Shown here one piece after another: positions 38,384 to 47,897 of a stretch of DNA of 64,000 bases. A program made the translations under genes and the position numbers. Position 1 is the stretch's first letter. Every line of letters begins with the position of its first letter. Origin of the DNA: an uncultured Acidobacteriota bacterium. Its GTDB lineage: Bacteria > Acidobacteriota > Blastocatellia > RBC074. Location: positions 64,001 through 128,000 of the forward strand of contig CAWCKY010000007.1 in NCBI GenBank assembly GCA_963796275.1, read 5' to 3'. The notes beneath the pieces are model-generated. The model saw nothing but the letters and a program-made list of their open reading frames with translations. It did not search any database and was not told the origin of the DNA.

Positions 38384-41119
38384 TCAATGCCACGTGAAGG
38401 GACCGGATATGGTTACTTCAGGACTCGGTGCGGTTCGGTTAGCGCCGTATGCCGGATCCGCCGCAATCGCGGCATCGACGAACCCATAGAAGACTCCACG
38501 AGAGAGCGATGTCCAGAGCTCGATATCGCCGATCAATTGCGCAGTCCCCGAAATATCGTAGGCGCCGATGGCGTTCATAATCGACGCCACTCGGGCTGAT
38601 CCGTGAATCCTCGCCGATGCGTTGTTGACGATCGTCAACGCAGAGACCCGCGCATTCTCATAGACCTGCCCGTTGAGCACCTGCGCGAAGTCCTCGACTA
38701 CAGCTTCGTCGCGCACCTGAGCGTTGCCGCCAACTATCGCCCAGCCTGCGATTCGGGCGTTGCCGCTGACGACAGCGTTCCCCAGAACTTGCGCGCGGGG
38801 ACCTACAAATGCCGTCGGGTCGACTCGCGCAGTGCTCGCCACCCATCCGCCGCCGTTTGGATGTGGCGCTCCTGAACCACCTGGAGTTGCGGCATCGGGG
38901 TAACCTTCAGGCCACGCGCCCTCGAGTTCGACCATCCACGGATAGCGGTAGATCGTGTAGTACATTTGATCCCACAGAATCTTGTGCATCATCGAAGGAG
39001 TCGCGACCACAACCAGCCACAACTCCGTATCCCCGGAGTCGACCTGGAATGAGATTCGTCCATTCGCGCCTCGCTGCATAGGAGAGTATCGCGTCGCACC
39101 CGATGAACTACGCGCAACCAGCCCCCACCTCCAGTCGGAACCTGGTGGCGGTATAGTCGCAGGCTGCCGAGCAAACGTGCCGTACTTGGTCGATGCCGGG
39201 GTAGTCTGTACGACCCCCTTGAATGTCACCGTCACAGTACTGTTCTGCCCCGGTTGCCCCGGTTGCCCCGGTTGTCCCGAGTTATCCGGCACCAGGCGCA
39301 CCAGGTTGTAGCCCCAGCGCTGAGGAGCCCAAAACTCGGGAACGGCGAATCGCCGACGCTCGAGATCGAGGTCCTGCAGTACAGTGACGCGCGTGCGCCG
39401 CATTCCCGCGCGATCCGCATATGAGCCGAACCGCAAGCGATAGACATTACCGTTCGGGTAGTCCCAGGTGGCATTGTGCAGTGCCCAGCTGCCCAACACA
39501 TCGTTGAGCTGATTCTGGGACCAATCCATGTTACGAGCCAGAACCGTGAACGGGTCCTCATCGCGATATCCAGCTTCACCGGGTTCCTTCGAGAGTGCCC
39601 AGATGTCATTCACTGCTCGATAACAATACCTGTCCTTGATGTATTCCCAGAACTGCCAATTGCAGTATCGATTCCTTGTGGAACCGTAGTAGAGATGCGG
39701 ATAGTTGACCAATAACTCAGCGCAATTGACCTGGTCGCGAAAGAACTGATGTCTCATCCATTCCGCGTGGCTTTCCCAGGACCAGCCCGTGTACTCCGAA
39801 TCGCGCATGCCGCGCGTGGCGAACTGAATGGAATGCGTCAGCTCGTGCGCCAGAGCTCCCGGGTCTTGAAACGCGTTATAGTGAAGCCACATCGCGGGAT
39901 GGCGCTGCCCGGTCCCGCCGCCCGATGCCCAACCCTGGTTGCTGACATTGACGTCGACCTTGTATTTGACGGCATCATTAGCATAGGGTTTCGGATAACC
40001 GATTTCAGTAATATACCTGGTCCAAATGTACTCGAGTAATTTGAGGCCGGTTTCGACCTGTGCTTGCGTCAATGGCACGCCGCTCGAATCATTCCATCTG
40101 GCGGCGAAGTGCTCCGAGGTGTAGATGGTGCTCGAGGAACCGGGGTTGAGAACCTGGTATACCCCATTGTCCGCGTCGTTGGCGGGGCCAGGACAGTAGC
40201 CCGGCTGTATTGAAGCCGACGTGATCGTCGTCTCGGACCCGCTGCTTGCCGCCCAGTCACGAAGTGAAGTCCCATAAGCTAGTGCGCGTCTATCTGCGCT
40301 GACGTTACTTGAGATGGGCCAGTACCACCACTCGACGATTTCGAGATTCTGCGACGCAGCAGCAGGCGAAGCGAAGCCCAGCCGAGCGCGCCCATCGTCC
40401 GGATCAAGACTGAGAGCCAGATCGATCCTGGCGTTCAGCAGCGGTTTATTCAAATCGTCGAGATAGATGTTGAGCTGCCCCGGATGCTCCGGTTGCTCCG
40501 TTAAAGTTACATACTCGACCAGTATCAAATGCGTCTGGCCGTCATCCAATGCCGGTATCTCTTCGGGTTCCACTCGTCCCAACAAGAAAGGTGCATTTTG
40601 TAAGGCAGCTATTCCTGTTTGATGATGTTTGAGTTGAATGCCTCTATCTTGTCGGCAGGATGACAGATCGCCGTACAGGTTTAGATCGACTACTATGCTG
40701 TTGGGCAAGACAGCATGACAGTCGCCCTCGGCGGTGGCAGTCTCTCCAGCGTTCTGTATGGCGAAGGCAAGGGCGATAGGATGTTGAAGTGAGGCTCGAA
40801 TAGCATTGCCGTTAATCCGGAAACGGAAGGCGCTTGCGAATCCATTCGTCACGTTGAGCGGCTCACGGTTCCACACGGCGCCCGCGCGCAGTTGCAGTGC
40901 AGGCCGTTCTCCTTGCACCACACCGGCGCTACCGGCAAAGCGCAGATGGTTGATATTTCCAGCAGGGAAGAGAAGTCTCATCCCGGACGAGAGCGCAGGA
41001 TCGGATGCTAATGAACTGTGCTGCCCCAGAGTGAACAGAGGTAAAAGCGTCAGGGCATAAAAGATCAGCAGGACAAATATGGAAAGAACTTTTTTCAAAG
41101 CGGGCACTCCTTTCTTCAA
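38384..41119 (-). CDS. Svx/AvrXca-like secreted zinc metalloprotein with an N-terminal legume-lectin-like domain and C-terminal hexapeptide repeats
   Basis: Signal peptide, lectin-like GAVWNREPLNVTNGFASAFRF, LAHELTH (~39833-39853) and WSWESHAEW, then a left-handed beta-helix tail HPNGGGWVASTARVDPTAFVGPRAQV. Confidence 0.75.
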   Translation of the reverse strand: MKKGVPALKKVLSIFVLLIFYALTLLPLFTLGQHSSLASDPALSSGMRLLFPAGNINHLRFAGSAGVVQGERPALQLRAGAVWNREPLNVTNGFASAFRFRINGNAIRASLQHPIALAFAIQNAGETATAEGDCHAVLPNSIVVDLNLYGDLSSCRQDRGIQLKHHQTGIAALQNAPFLLGRVEPEEIPALDDGQTHLILVEYVTLTEQPEHPGQLNIYLDDLNKPLLNARIDLALSLDPDDGRARLGFASPAAASQNLEIVEWWYWPISSNVSADRRALAYGTSLRDWAASSGSETTITSASIQPGYCPGPANDADNGVYQVLNPGSSSTIYTSEHFAARWNDSSGVPLTQAQVETGLKLLEYIWTRYITEIGYPKPYANDAVKYKVDVNVSNQGWASGGGTGQRHPAMWLHYNAFQDPGALAHELTHSIQFATRGMRDSEYTGWSWESHAEWMRHQFFRDQVNCAELLVNYPHLYYGSTRNRYCNWQFWEYIKDRYCYRAVNDIWALSKEPGEAGYRDEDPFTVLARNMDWSQNQLNDVLGSWALHNATWDYPNGNVYRLRFGSYADRAGMRRTRVTVLQDLDLERRRFAVPEFWAPQRWGYNLVRLVPDNSGQPGQPGQPGQNSTVTVTFKGVVQTTPASTKYGTFARQPATIPPPGSDWRWGLVARSSSGATRYSPMQRGANGRISFQVDSGDTELWLVVVATPSMMHKILWDQMYYTIYRYPWMVELEGAWPEGYPDAATPGGSGAPHPNGGGWVASTARVDPTAFVGPRAQVLGNAVVSGNARIAGWAIVGGNAQVRDEAVVEDFAQVLNGQVYENARVSALTIVNNASARIHGSARVASIMNAIGAYDISGTAQLIGDIELWTSLSRGVFYGFVDAAIAADPAYGANRTAPSPEVTISGPFTWH

Positions 41120-41326
41120 CGAGACTTGAAAAAACTGTGGCCTCGCAATTTGTGTTGTTCTTAGATGTGTTGCAGGTTGCCGGATAAATACTGAGAATCA
41201 ATCATATGTTCCGGCATATGTTCCGGCATTGGCTCAACAATAATTGAGTCGGTGGATGGCCGTCTTGTACAGGATTAGGGTTTCAGGCTATGGAGACGCA
41301 GGTAGATTGGAGGCAGAGTCCCCCTT

Positions 41327-41350
41327 CGTGGGGGCCCATTTGCCCCCACG
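41327..41350. terminator. Hairpin downstream of the 41447-43951 gene
   Basis: cgtgggggc-ccattt-gcccccacg, a 9-bp stem. Confidence 0.4.
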
Positions 41351-41446
41351 TTCTTATGTTTTGTTGGGTGTTATCTGAATGATAAGGAAGATCAGCGCGT
41401 TCCCGCGGCGGATCAAAGCTACGAGCTAAGTTACCACGGGCAGCTA

Positions 41447-43951
41447 TTAGCGCCGGCCACGGAAGCCACCGCCTCCATGGAACCCGCCGAAGCCGCCAGA
41501 TCCGCCGCCAAAACGACCGCCGCCCCAGCTGTGATCACCGCCCAAATCACCCATGCTTCTTCCTGCAGAATCATCGCCCTTCCATCCGCTCCAGTTTCCA
41601 CCCCAGGAAGAGCCGGCGGCCCGCGATGCGCCAAAATCTCTCGCCTGTTGAGAAGACTGGAGCGATTGTAGCTGGTTGCGGTCTGTGTCATCCCATCCCT
41701 TAGCGCCGTATTTCTGATATGTGCCCGTCGCCGCATTGGCGTGATAGATGTTCCCGTCGTGGTCGGCATAATAATTGTTGTTCACCTGTCCGACTCGCGT
41801 CGTCCCTCCGGCCGGACCGGTCGCCACACCCCGTCCCAGGGTAGTGCTCTGCCCGGTCGCTGCATTGTTGACGGTCGCACGGCTACCCGCCGCGCCGACT
41901 CCTGTCGTGGGGTTGTATGTCGCGCCGCGGGCCCCATATGCCGAGTTACCAGTGTAGACGTTCTGAACTGCGCCTCGCTGTCCGGCTGACATCCTCCCGG
42001 TGACGGAGTTGTATGAATGGCCGACCTGGTTGCTCCAGGCATTGCCGGTCCACGCGTTGTAACCTCCGGACGTGCGGCTCACCACGCTCGTCGCGCCATA
42101 CTGGCGATATATATTGCCCGTTGTTCCGGCCCATCCGCCTGGTCCCCAAACTGCCCCTCCGCCGTGATAGCCATAGGCGGCACCATAAGCGCCGTAGCCG
42201 TAATAACCGCGATAGGCGCCCCAGTAAGGTGCCGCGCCCCATCCCCAGGCGCCGGCCCAACCTACATCCGTAGCGCCCCAGGCCCAACCCATGCCGAAGC
42301 CGAAAGCCCAGCCGACCCAGGGCGTCCAGGTCATATTTGTCGCATAACCATAAGTGCCCGGCGTCGGGTAATAGACGGTCGATGAAATGTAGGCCGGATA
42401 GGTGTAACCGGTACCATAAACCACCGCGCCGTCCGCGGAGACAATAGTACCCAGGTAGCCGGGCGTATAGCCGACCACGACAGTCTCGGGCGTACTTTCG
42501 TAGATATTGACGTACGTAACATAGTAGACCGGCGAACTCGGCGGGATCGAATAGACGACTGCCGGAACCGAACTCGCCACCACCCAGGGGCTCTGTCCCG
42601 ACGTGGAGCTGAACCACACTCCGTTGTCGACTGCGTACCACTCCGCCGGCGATACTTGGATGATCGGATCCGACGAGTTGAAAACGTAGCTCAGCGACGT
42701 GCCGGGAATAGGCTTCAGCATCGGGGCGCCGCTAATGACTGGAGTGAAATGGGTGTTTGCCCGGTTGACCGTTGCCATTTGCGGAATATCAGCGGCGATG
42801 ACGGCCTCCTGAGCCTGCGGAGTTCCCGGGATCGAAGCTTTCACGTTCTCCTTTGGGCTGTCGTCCGGGATCTTGGCGAAGTCCGGCGGCAGGCTCGTGC
42901 CCGGTACGTATTGCCATGGACTGGTAAAGTTGGGCGCGCGGAACCAGCGGCCTGTGACCAGGATGTAAATTTTCTGATCTTTCAAATCCTTGACTATATC
43001 CGCTGTCGTGTTTTTCACGTAGAGCAGGTTCGTGCCCGCGATAGGTACCCAATCCGGTTGGCCATCCGTTACGATCAACTCGGTGGGTATGGTCTCCACA
43101 TAAAGAGTGGGCGCGCCAGCCTTAAGTGAAGGCTTCTTGTTCTCGTTCTTTTCATTGGGAGGGCCCGCCATCAGATCAACCACTTTTTCTTTCGCAAGTT
43201 GCTGCGCTACCCGGTCAGCGTCGTGCGGCGTCTTCGTTGCCACCGTCCACCGTCCTGAAAGAGCCTCGGCTTCCATGAATCCGTCGAAAAGGTGGATATA
43301 GAACTTCCCCGAGTTATCACGCAGTAATAGCGCTCGCGTATTAACGGCGCGCTCCAGCGAAGTATGCGGCACGGCGCCCCAGACCGGCTGACCGTCAATG
43401 GAGATCAGTACCGCGGCGCTCTCGGAGAAGATGAAGTTCGGCGGCTCGTTTATGACGGGAACGGCCCGACCTTTCTTCTCTGCGCGCAAAACGGCGAGAT
43501 CCGCCTGAAGTTTGTCGAGCGGAATGGTTGCAGGCCCTTTCTCGAGAATCGCCTGGATATTCTTCTGATACATAGCTGCCTTGGCCGCCGCTGACGGGAA
43601 GTTGGCCTTCTCGACCGTAATATTCTGGAACCTCACGGTTCGCGCCTCCCGATCGACGATGGTAGCGGCACTGATATTGATTGCCCCGAAGGTGGGATAC
43701 TTTGCGCCTGAGGGCTTGACCGAGACTGCGGCGTGGCCCGTAAGATTGTAGCCATCCCAACTCTCCAACTGTGGTTCGTATAAGGTGTATTTCGCCCCGT
43801 TCACCTGGGCCGACTTGGGCCACGGGTCCGGGCTCACTTGTTCAAGTGAAGGCTGGTTGATCTGCGTTTGCGCGCAAACAACCGACTGTTGCCCGGACCA
43901 CGTTAGAGTCACAACGATCAGGCAAATCGTCAATGAATGGGATGACTTCAT
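41447..43951 (-). CDS. Large secreted conserved hypothetical protein with a Gly/Tyr/Trp-rich low-complexity C-terminus
   Basis: Signal peptide, YEPQLESW, GRWFRA...PDFAKIP and VYGTGY motifs, and an RGG-like tail. Confidence 0.75.
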   Translation of the reverse strand: MKSSHSLTICLIVVTLTWSGQQSVVCAQTQINQPSLEQVSPDPWPKSAQVNGAKYTLYEPQLESWDGYNLTGHAAVSVKPSGAKYPTFGAINISAATIVDREARTVRFQNITVEKANFPSAAAKAAMYQKNIQAILEKGPATIPLDKLQADLAVLRAEKKGRAVPVINEPPNFIFSESAAVLISIDGQPVWGAVPHTSLERAVNTRALLLRDNSGKFYIHLFDGFMEAEALSGRWTVATKTPHDADRVAQQLAKEKVVDLMAGPPNEKNENKKPSLKAGAPTLYVETIPTELIVTDGQPDWVPIAGTNLLYVKNTTADIVKDLKDQKIYILVTGRWFRAPNFTSPWQYVPGTSLPPDFAKIPDDSPKENVKASIPGTPQAQEAVIAADIPQMATVNRANTHFTPVISGAPMLKPIPGTSLSYVFNSSDPIIQVSPAEWYAVDNGVWFSSTSGQSPWVVASSVPAVVYSIPPSSPVYYVTYVNIYESTPETVVVGYTPGYLGTIVSADGAVVYGTGYTYPAYISSTVYYPTPGTYGYATNMTWTPWVGWAFGFGMGWAWGATDVGWAGAWGWGAAPYWGAYRGYYGYGAYGAAYGYHGGGAVWGPGGWAGTTGNIYRQYGATSVVSRTSGGYNAWTGNAWSNQVGHSYNSVTGRMSAGQRGAVQNVYTGNSAYGARGATYNPTTGVGAAGSRATVNNAATGQSTTLGRGVATGPAGGTTRVGQVNNNYYADHDGNIYHANAATGTYQKYGAKGWDDTDRNQLQSLQSSQQARDFGASRAAGSSWGGNWSGWKGDDSAGRSMGDLGGDHSWGGGRFGGGSGGFGGFHGGGGFRGRR

Positions 43952-43962
43952 AATCGATCTCC

Positions 43963-44904
43963 CTAATTGCCGGCTATGCCTTTATTGACGAGAACCTTGA
44001 CCTCAACGCGGCGGTTCTGAGCGCGACCCTCTGCCGTTTCGTTCGTTGCCGCGGGATTGGTGGCTCCCATAGCCATGGGCGCAAGAATGTGCCGCAGCGG
44101 AATTTTTCCCGTCTGAGCCAGGAAATCCACGACGGCTGTTGAGCGGCCCGCACTCAATTTCTCATTCACCGCTGCAGTTCCTGTCGAGGATGCGTAGCCC
44201 GCCACCTGAATCAAGAATCCGCTCTGCCCCGCGGCATTGGTGGCCAACTTCAACAAATCCTGCTTGGCCGTGTCGGATAGAACGGCGCTATTGGTCTCGA
44301 AATAGACCGTTGTCGTGTCCTTAATGTCATAGTCGGATAGTTCGCTGAAACGCTTGTTCAGCTCGGCCTCATCGCCCGACACTTTAGCTATCCGCTGTTG
44401 GTTGGCCTGAATTTGTTGCTGGTTAGCCTGAATCGCTTGCTTGTTTGCCTCGACCCCTTGTTTATTGACGTCGACCTGTTGCCCGGTGGCTTTGAGTGCC
44501 TGTTGAGTTGGAACCAGGCCCGCCTGGATTTGTTGAGCGGTTTGCAGGTCGTCCCCGTTGAAGCTGACGCTCTTAGCATCCACCTGGCCATTAGCAGTGC
44601 CCACCCCGCTTACCTCGACTTTGAGACCGGGAATGAGGGCTGTCACCAGGAGCTTCTTCTTCCGGATACCCAATGCCCCTTTTTTCATCGCAACACTGGT
44701 GTCCTCGCCAAGGACCACGGTAACGGTCTCATTGTTGGCGGTCCGTATCGTCATGTTTTCTCCCGCCCGGGAAGTGATGAGACCATTTAACTTGACTTTC
44801 TGGCCGCTCGTAATTGATTGGCTTAAAGCGCTATTGCTTGTGGCAAAGACTGCAAACGCCACTGTTATAGCGCCCAAGAAAAATTTTATTCCATTCTTTC
44901 TCAT
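43963..44904 (-). CDS. OmpA-family peptidoglycan-binding protein with an OB-like N-domain and coiled-coil linker
   Basis: VYFETNSAVL, VAGYASSTG, NEKLSAGRS and GRAQNRRVEV, preceded by Q/N-rich heptads. Confidence 0.9.
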   Translation of the reverse strand: MRKNGIKFFLGAITVAFAVFATSNSALSQSITSGQKVKLNGLITSRAGENMTIRTANNETVTVVLGEDTSVAMKKGALGIRKKKLLVTALIPGLKVEVSGVGTANGQVDAKSVSFNGDDLQTAQQIQAGLVPTQQALKATGQQVDVNKQGVEANKQAIQANQQQIQANQQRIAKVSGDEAELNKRFSELSDYDIKDTTTVYFETNSAVLSDTAKQDLLKLATNAAGQSGFLIQVAGYASSTGTAAVNEKLSAGRSTAVVDFLAQTGKIPLRHILAPMAMGATNPAATNETAEGRAQNRRVEVKVLVNKGIAGN

Positions 44905-44920
44905 TGGTTCTTCTCCTATA

Positions 44921-44997
44921 GAAATTGGGGATGGAGCCCAGGGCTGGGGATATACTAAATCCTTGCTTCAGCCTCCCCGCCTCCATCCTCCAATTTC
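44921..44997. repeat. Intergenic inverted repeat related to 58651-58800
   Basis: gaaattggggatggag...ctccatcctccaatttc. Confidence 0.55.
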
Positions 44998-45025
44998 AAT
45001 TTCATTGTTTCAGTCCATCATCCGT

Positions 45026-45712
45026 TCAGAAGCGAACGATAAGTCCGCCAACAAATTCGCCCTGGTTCGACCACTTCGAGCTGCCTACGACGCCGCAATA
45101 GAAAGCGTTGCACCAGATGCCGTCCGCTTGCGAGCCGATGTAGGTCGGTGTCCAGCGGCCCTGCATCTTTATGCCAAACATGGGTGTCAGAAAATACTTT
45201 ACGCCGCCGCCATACGTCATTCCGAATTTGGCTTTGTTCTCCAAATTGATGCTGAAGGGAGTGATTGATCCCCCAGGTATGGCGGTGAGAGTTCCCGGCG
45301 CGTACTCCGTAACGCCCATGCCGGCAATGGCGTATGGGCGAAACTTTGAATCTCCGTCCTTGAAGTTATAGGTGATGACGCCCATATAGTTGTAAATCGG
45401 GTTGGCGACGATATCGGCTTTGTCGCCGACCACATCGCTAACTGTCAGCCTGCTTTTCTGTCGGCTGAAGAGAAAGCCTACTCCGACGTTGTCGTTCACG
45501 TTGTAGTCGGCCTGTAGTCCCCACGAGAATCCGCTGTCCGCCCCGACCCTGTCGACAGCACGGCCATTGATAACTACCGGGTTGATGTCAAAGCCTGAGG
45601 CGAAGGTATAACCTAGAGACCCTGAGACTTCGACCTTCTTATCCTGAGCCAGAGCAGCGAAATTTAGCGCCACCAGGATCACAGACAACAAAAATGCTTT
45701 GCGGCGAATCAT
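45026..45712 (-). CDS. Outer-membrane beta-barrel protein (8-stranded, OmpW/porin-like)
   Basis: RBS gaaggag before ATG 45712, signal peptide, RPYAIAGMG, YGGGVKY, and terminal GLIVRF. Confidence 0.85.
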   Translation of the reverse strand: MIRRKAFLLSVILVALNFAALAQDKKVEVSGSLGYTFASGFDINPVVINGRAVDRVGADSGFSWGLQADYNVNDNVGVGFLFSRQKSRLTVSDVVGDKADIVANPIYNYMGVITYNFKDGDSKFRPYAIAGMGVTEYAPGTLTAIPGGSITPFSINLENKAKFGMTYGGGVKYFLTPMFGIKMQGRWTPTYIGSQADGIWCNAFYCGVVGSSKWSNQGEFVGGLIVRF

Positions 45713-45757
45713 GATAAAAACTCCTTCTTGGTATTTGTTCACCCAACCTCGGAAGCA

Positions 45758-45772
45758 GCAAACAGCCGGCCC
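45758..45772 (-). promoter_or_regulatory. Candidate sigma-54 promoter for the OMP-ompA operon
   Basis: The minus strand reads gGG-CCGGCTGTTT-GC, with exact -24/-12 spacing and TTGC, 46 bp upstream of the ATG. Confidence 0.5.
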
Positions 45773-46080
45773 TTCCGGGCGCGGATGAATGCGCTTCCTG
45801 CTGATGGTGGCTGAGGTATATGAATCTCCCTCAGCCTTATAATCCCAAAGAGGATGCTCTCCCCTCCGGTTGTACCGCCTGCTCCTTGGCGTACGCCAAA
45901 AGCATCGCGTGCTCACCCCAGCAGTAATTACAAATCTTCCGTAATGATTGTAATGACAGCAGAGCGGGCTGAGTACTGTCAGTTTTGACTGTATTTTGAA
46001 AAAAAAATTACAGAGAGTCGGGACGGCTGGCATCGCAGAAATCGCTATAACATTCTATATCGAAGTTACAACGAAGAAGG

Positions 46081-46227
46081 AGATTCTCGCTCGTTGACTG
46101 CGCTCGCACGCCCAGAGAGACAAAGAGACTCGAAGAGGAAGAGATGGAAAGTGAACTCATTCTTCGGCGGCTGGAGCAGAGCCATTGGAAACTCGATGGA
46201 ATAGGCGGTACGGCGAATAGCCTGTAA
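46081..46227 (+). pseudogene. Relic of a sigma-54 activator C-terminal HTH region
   Basis: Reads ...KRLEEEEMESELILRRLEQSHWKLDGIGGTANSL*, compared with RLEEVERKHILDVMEQTYWRVEGEYGAAAIL in 49619-51355. Confidence 0.6.
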
Positions 46228-46263
46228 ACTAAGCTATTGATGTTTTAGATGGCGATTCAAGTT

Positions 46264-46351
46264 CGAATCAGTACCGCGAGCGGTAGCGAGCGTTGTACCC
46301 GAACCTGTTGATCGATTGAGACCCGCGCTACCACTCGCGGTACTGATTCGT
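46264..46351. repeat. REP-like inverted repeat
   Basis: cgaatcagtaccgcgagcggtagcg ... cgctaccactcgcggtactgattcg. Confidence 0.8.
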
Positions 46352-46500
46352 CGATCATCAAGAAACTCTTTGAATTAATTCCAGCGATCTCCGTAATCGG
46401 CTCAAAACTCGGAATTCAAACACCCAAATCCCACTCAACCATCTGCGATATTTAAGAGCTTCAGGGAAATCACTCAGGTTCCCCAAACTGTCGCGGAAAA

Positions 46501-46609
46501 TTGATAGTCGATAATAGATAGTTGATAGTTGATTAGGTTGATACAGATCGTTGCCCAAGTGTTTGCGAATTACCGACTATCAACTATCAACTATCAACTA
46601 TCAACTATC
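46501..46609. repeat. Inverted arrays of a 7-bp unit (TTGATAG / CTATCAA)
   Basis: The left arm is a degenerate (ttgatag)n at 46501-46543. The right arm is (ctatcaa)x4+ctatc at 46577-46609. Confidence 0.85.
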
Positions 46610-46651
46610 TAGTTCACTGGTTACCCTATCGAGTTCCCTGGTTACCCGCTC

Positions 46652-46666
46652 GGGCACGAGGCTTGC
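46652..46666 (+). promoter_or_regulatory. Candidate sigma-54 promoter
   Basis: gGGCACGAGGCTTGC closely matches TGGCACG-N4-TTGC and lies 70 bp upstream of ATG 46736. Confidence 0.65.
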
Positions 46667-46735
46667 CATCCTTACCATCGCCCATTTACTACTAGAAGTA
46701 GATCAAAGACTCATCTGTGCTCTCCGCTTAAGAGA

Positions 46736-47503
46736 ATGGCTTTGTTGGTTTTGGTTAAACAAATAGCGGGGATAATCGCATTATTAACATGCTCAGGTCT
46801 CGCGTCTGCTGTTGCGAGGGCGCAGTCTGGCGGAGGTTCGATGCGTCCTGACCGCGCGCTCGAGTCGGGCATCATTACGGATCGAATCTCACCAAAGGAT
46901 TTAAGACGATGGGATGCGATCAAACGTATCGTCTTTGCCGAGGACGTCATGGGCTTGCCATTACACCCCACGCTTCGATCGTTGTGGGAGCAGCTTGATA
47001 AGAGCCGCCACGCCGTCTACATCGAGTTGTATTGCAAGGGCCGCACAATCACGAGTACGGCCGGCTCTTTTCACATTGAGCAATTCGACCCGCTGGGTGA
47101 AAGGCAAGTGGCTATCATTCGCCTCTACCTCTCGAATATAGATCGGGCAAGCGTCGAGCCCCTTCCCCTGCGCCCCAACGGGTACATCCCCTTTCTAGGG
47201 CTCACCCGGGTGGAACGTTATGCCGAGGTGCTCGGGCATGAACTGGCGCACGCAGTTCATATTTTGAACGACGTGAAACGCGCCCGGATGGTTGAAGAAA
47301 TGATCGAGCAGACCAACGAGGAGTTCCTCTGGCAGGGTAGGCGATACGGATACACGAAACTCAAACCGGAGTTGCTGCAGCGCATAGCAACACGTGACCT
47401 TTTCCTGAAAGAGCTGGAAGAGCCGGCGGAGATGATTGAGATGATGGTCTGGAGCGAGATAGTGCTTGGCAGATGTCGCGTTCGGCGGCACCTCTCTCGA
47501 TAG
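46736..47503 (+). CDS. Secreted hypothetical protein with an HExxH zinc-metallopeptidase-like motif
   Basis: Signal peptide, EVLGHELAHA, and a downstream Glu (LEEPAE). Confidence 0.7.
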   Translation: MALLVLVKQIAGIIALLTCSGLASAVARAQSGGGSMRPDRALESGIITDRISPKDLRRWDAIKRIVFAEDVMGLPLHPTLRSLWEQLDKSRHAVYIELYCKGRTITSTAGSFHIEQFDPLGERQVAIIRLYLSNIDRASVEPLPLRPNGYIPFLGLTRVERYAEVLGHELAHAVHILNDVKRARMVEEMIEQTNEEFLWQGRRYGYTKLKPELLQRIATRDLFLKELEEPAEMIEMMVWSEIVLGRCRVRRHLSR

Positions 47504-47897
47504 GGGAAATTTACTTAGCGATGCTCAGGAATAGATCTGGCTGCCGCATGTTGAAACCCTGCGCTGTCAGGTATTTTCCCTAAATGAATCAGTCGGTAAA
47601 CGCGTCATTTCAAAATTTCTGCGACATTACTCGGCTCCCATTACCTTTCGTGGCCAGTTAGTGTTCGCATTTGTCGTCTCTTTCTTCCGGTCGTTTGGAA
47701 AAGAGATTAGCATCAATAAGTTATTTAAAAGTTATTTAAAGCGGAAAACCTCAACCGGCGGTGGAGTGAGGTTTGCGATGAAATTGCATAGCAGGTTATA
47801 ACCTGCTCTACCTCCGGAAGCGGGGGAAACGCAAGTTAGAAAGCCTGACCTATATTGTCGGAGGAGTCGTTCATACCGGATTATTGGCAGGCCGGTT

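Noticed and set aside
45713-46033. 107-aa N-terminal extension of the OMP ORF
   Set aside because: An RBS and signal peptide mark ATG 45712 as the start. The extension covers the promoter region.
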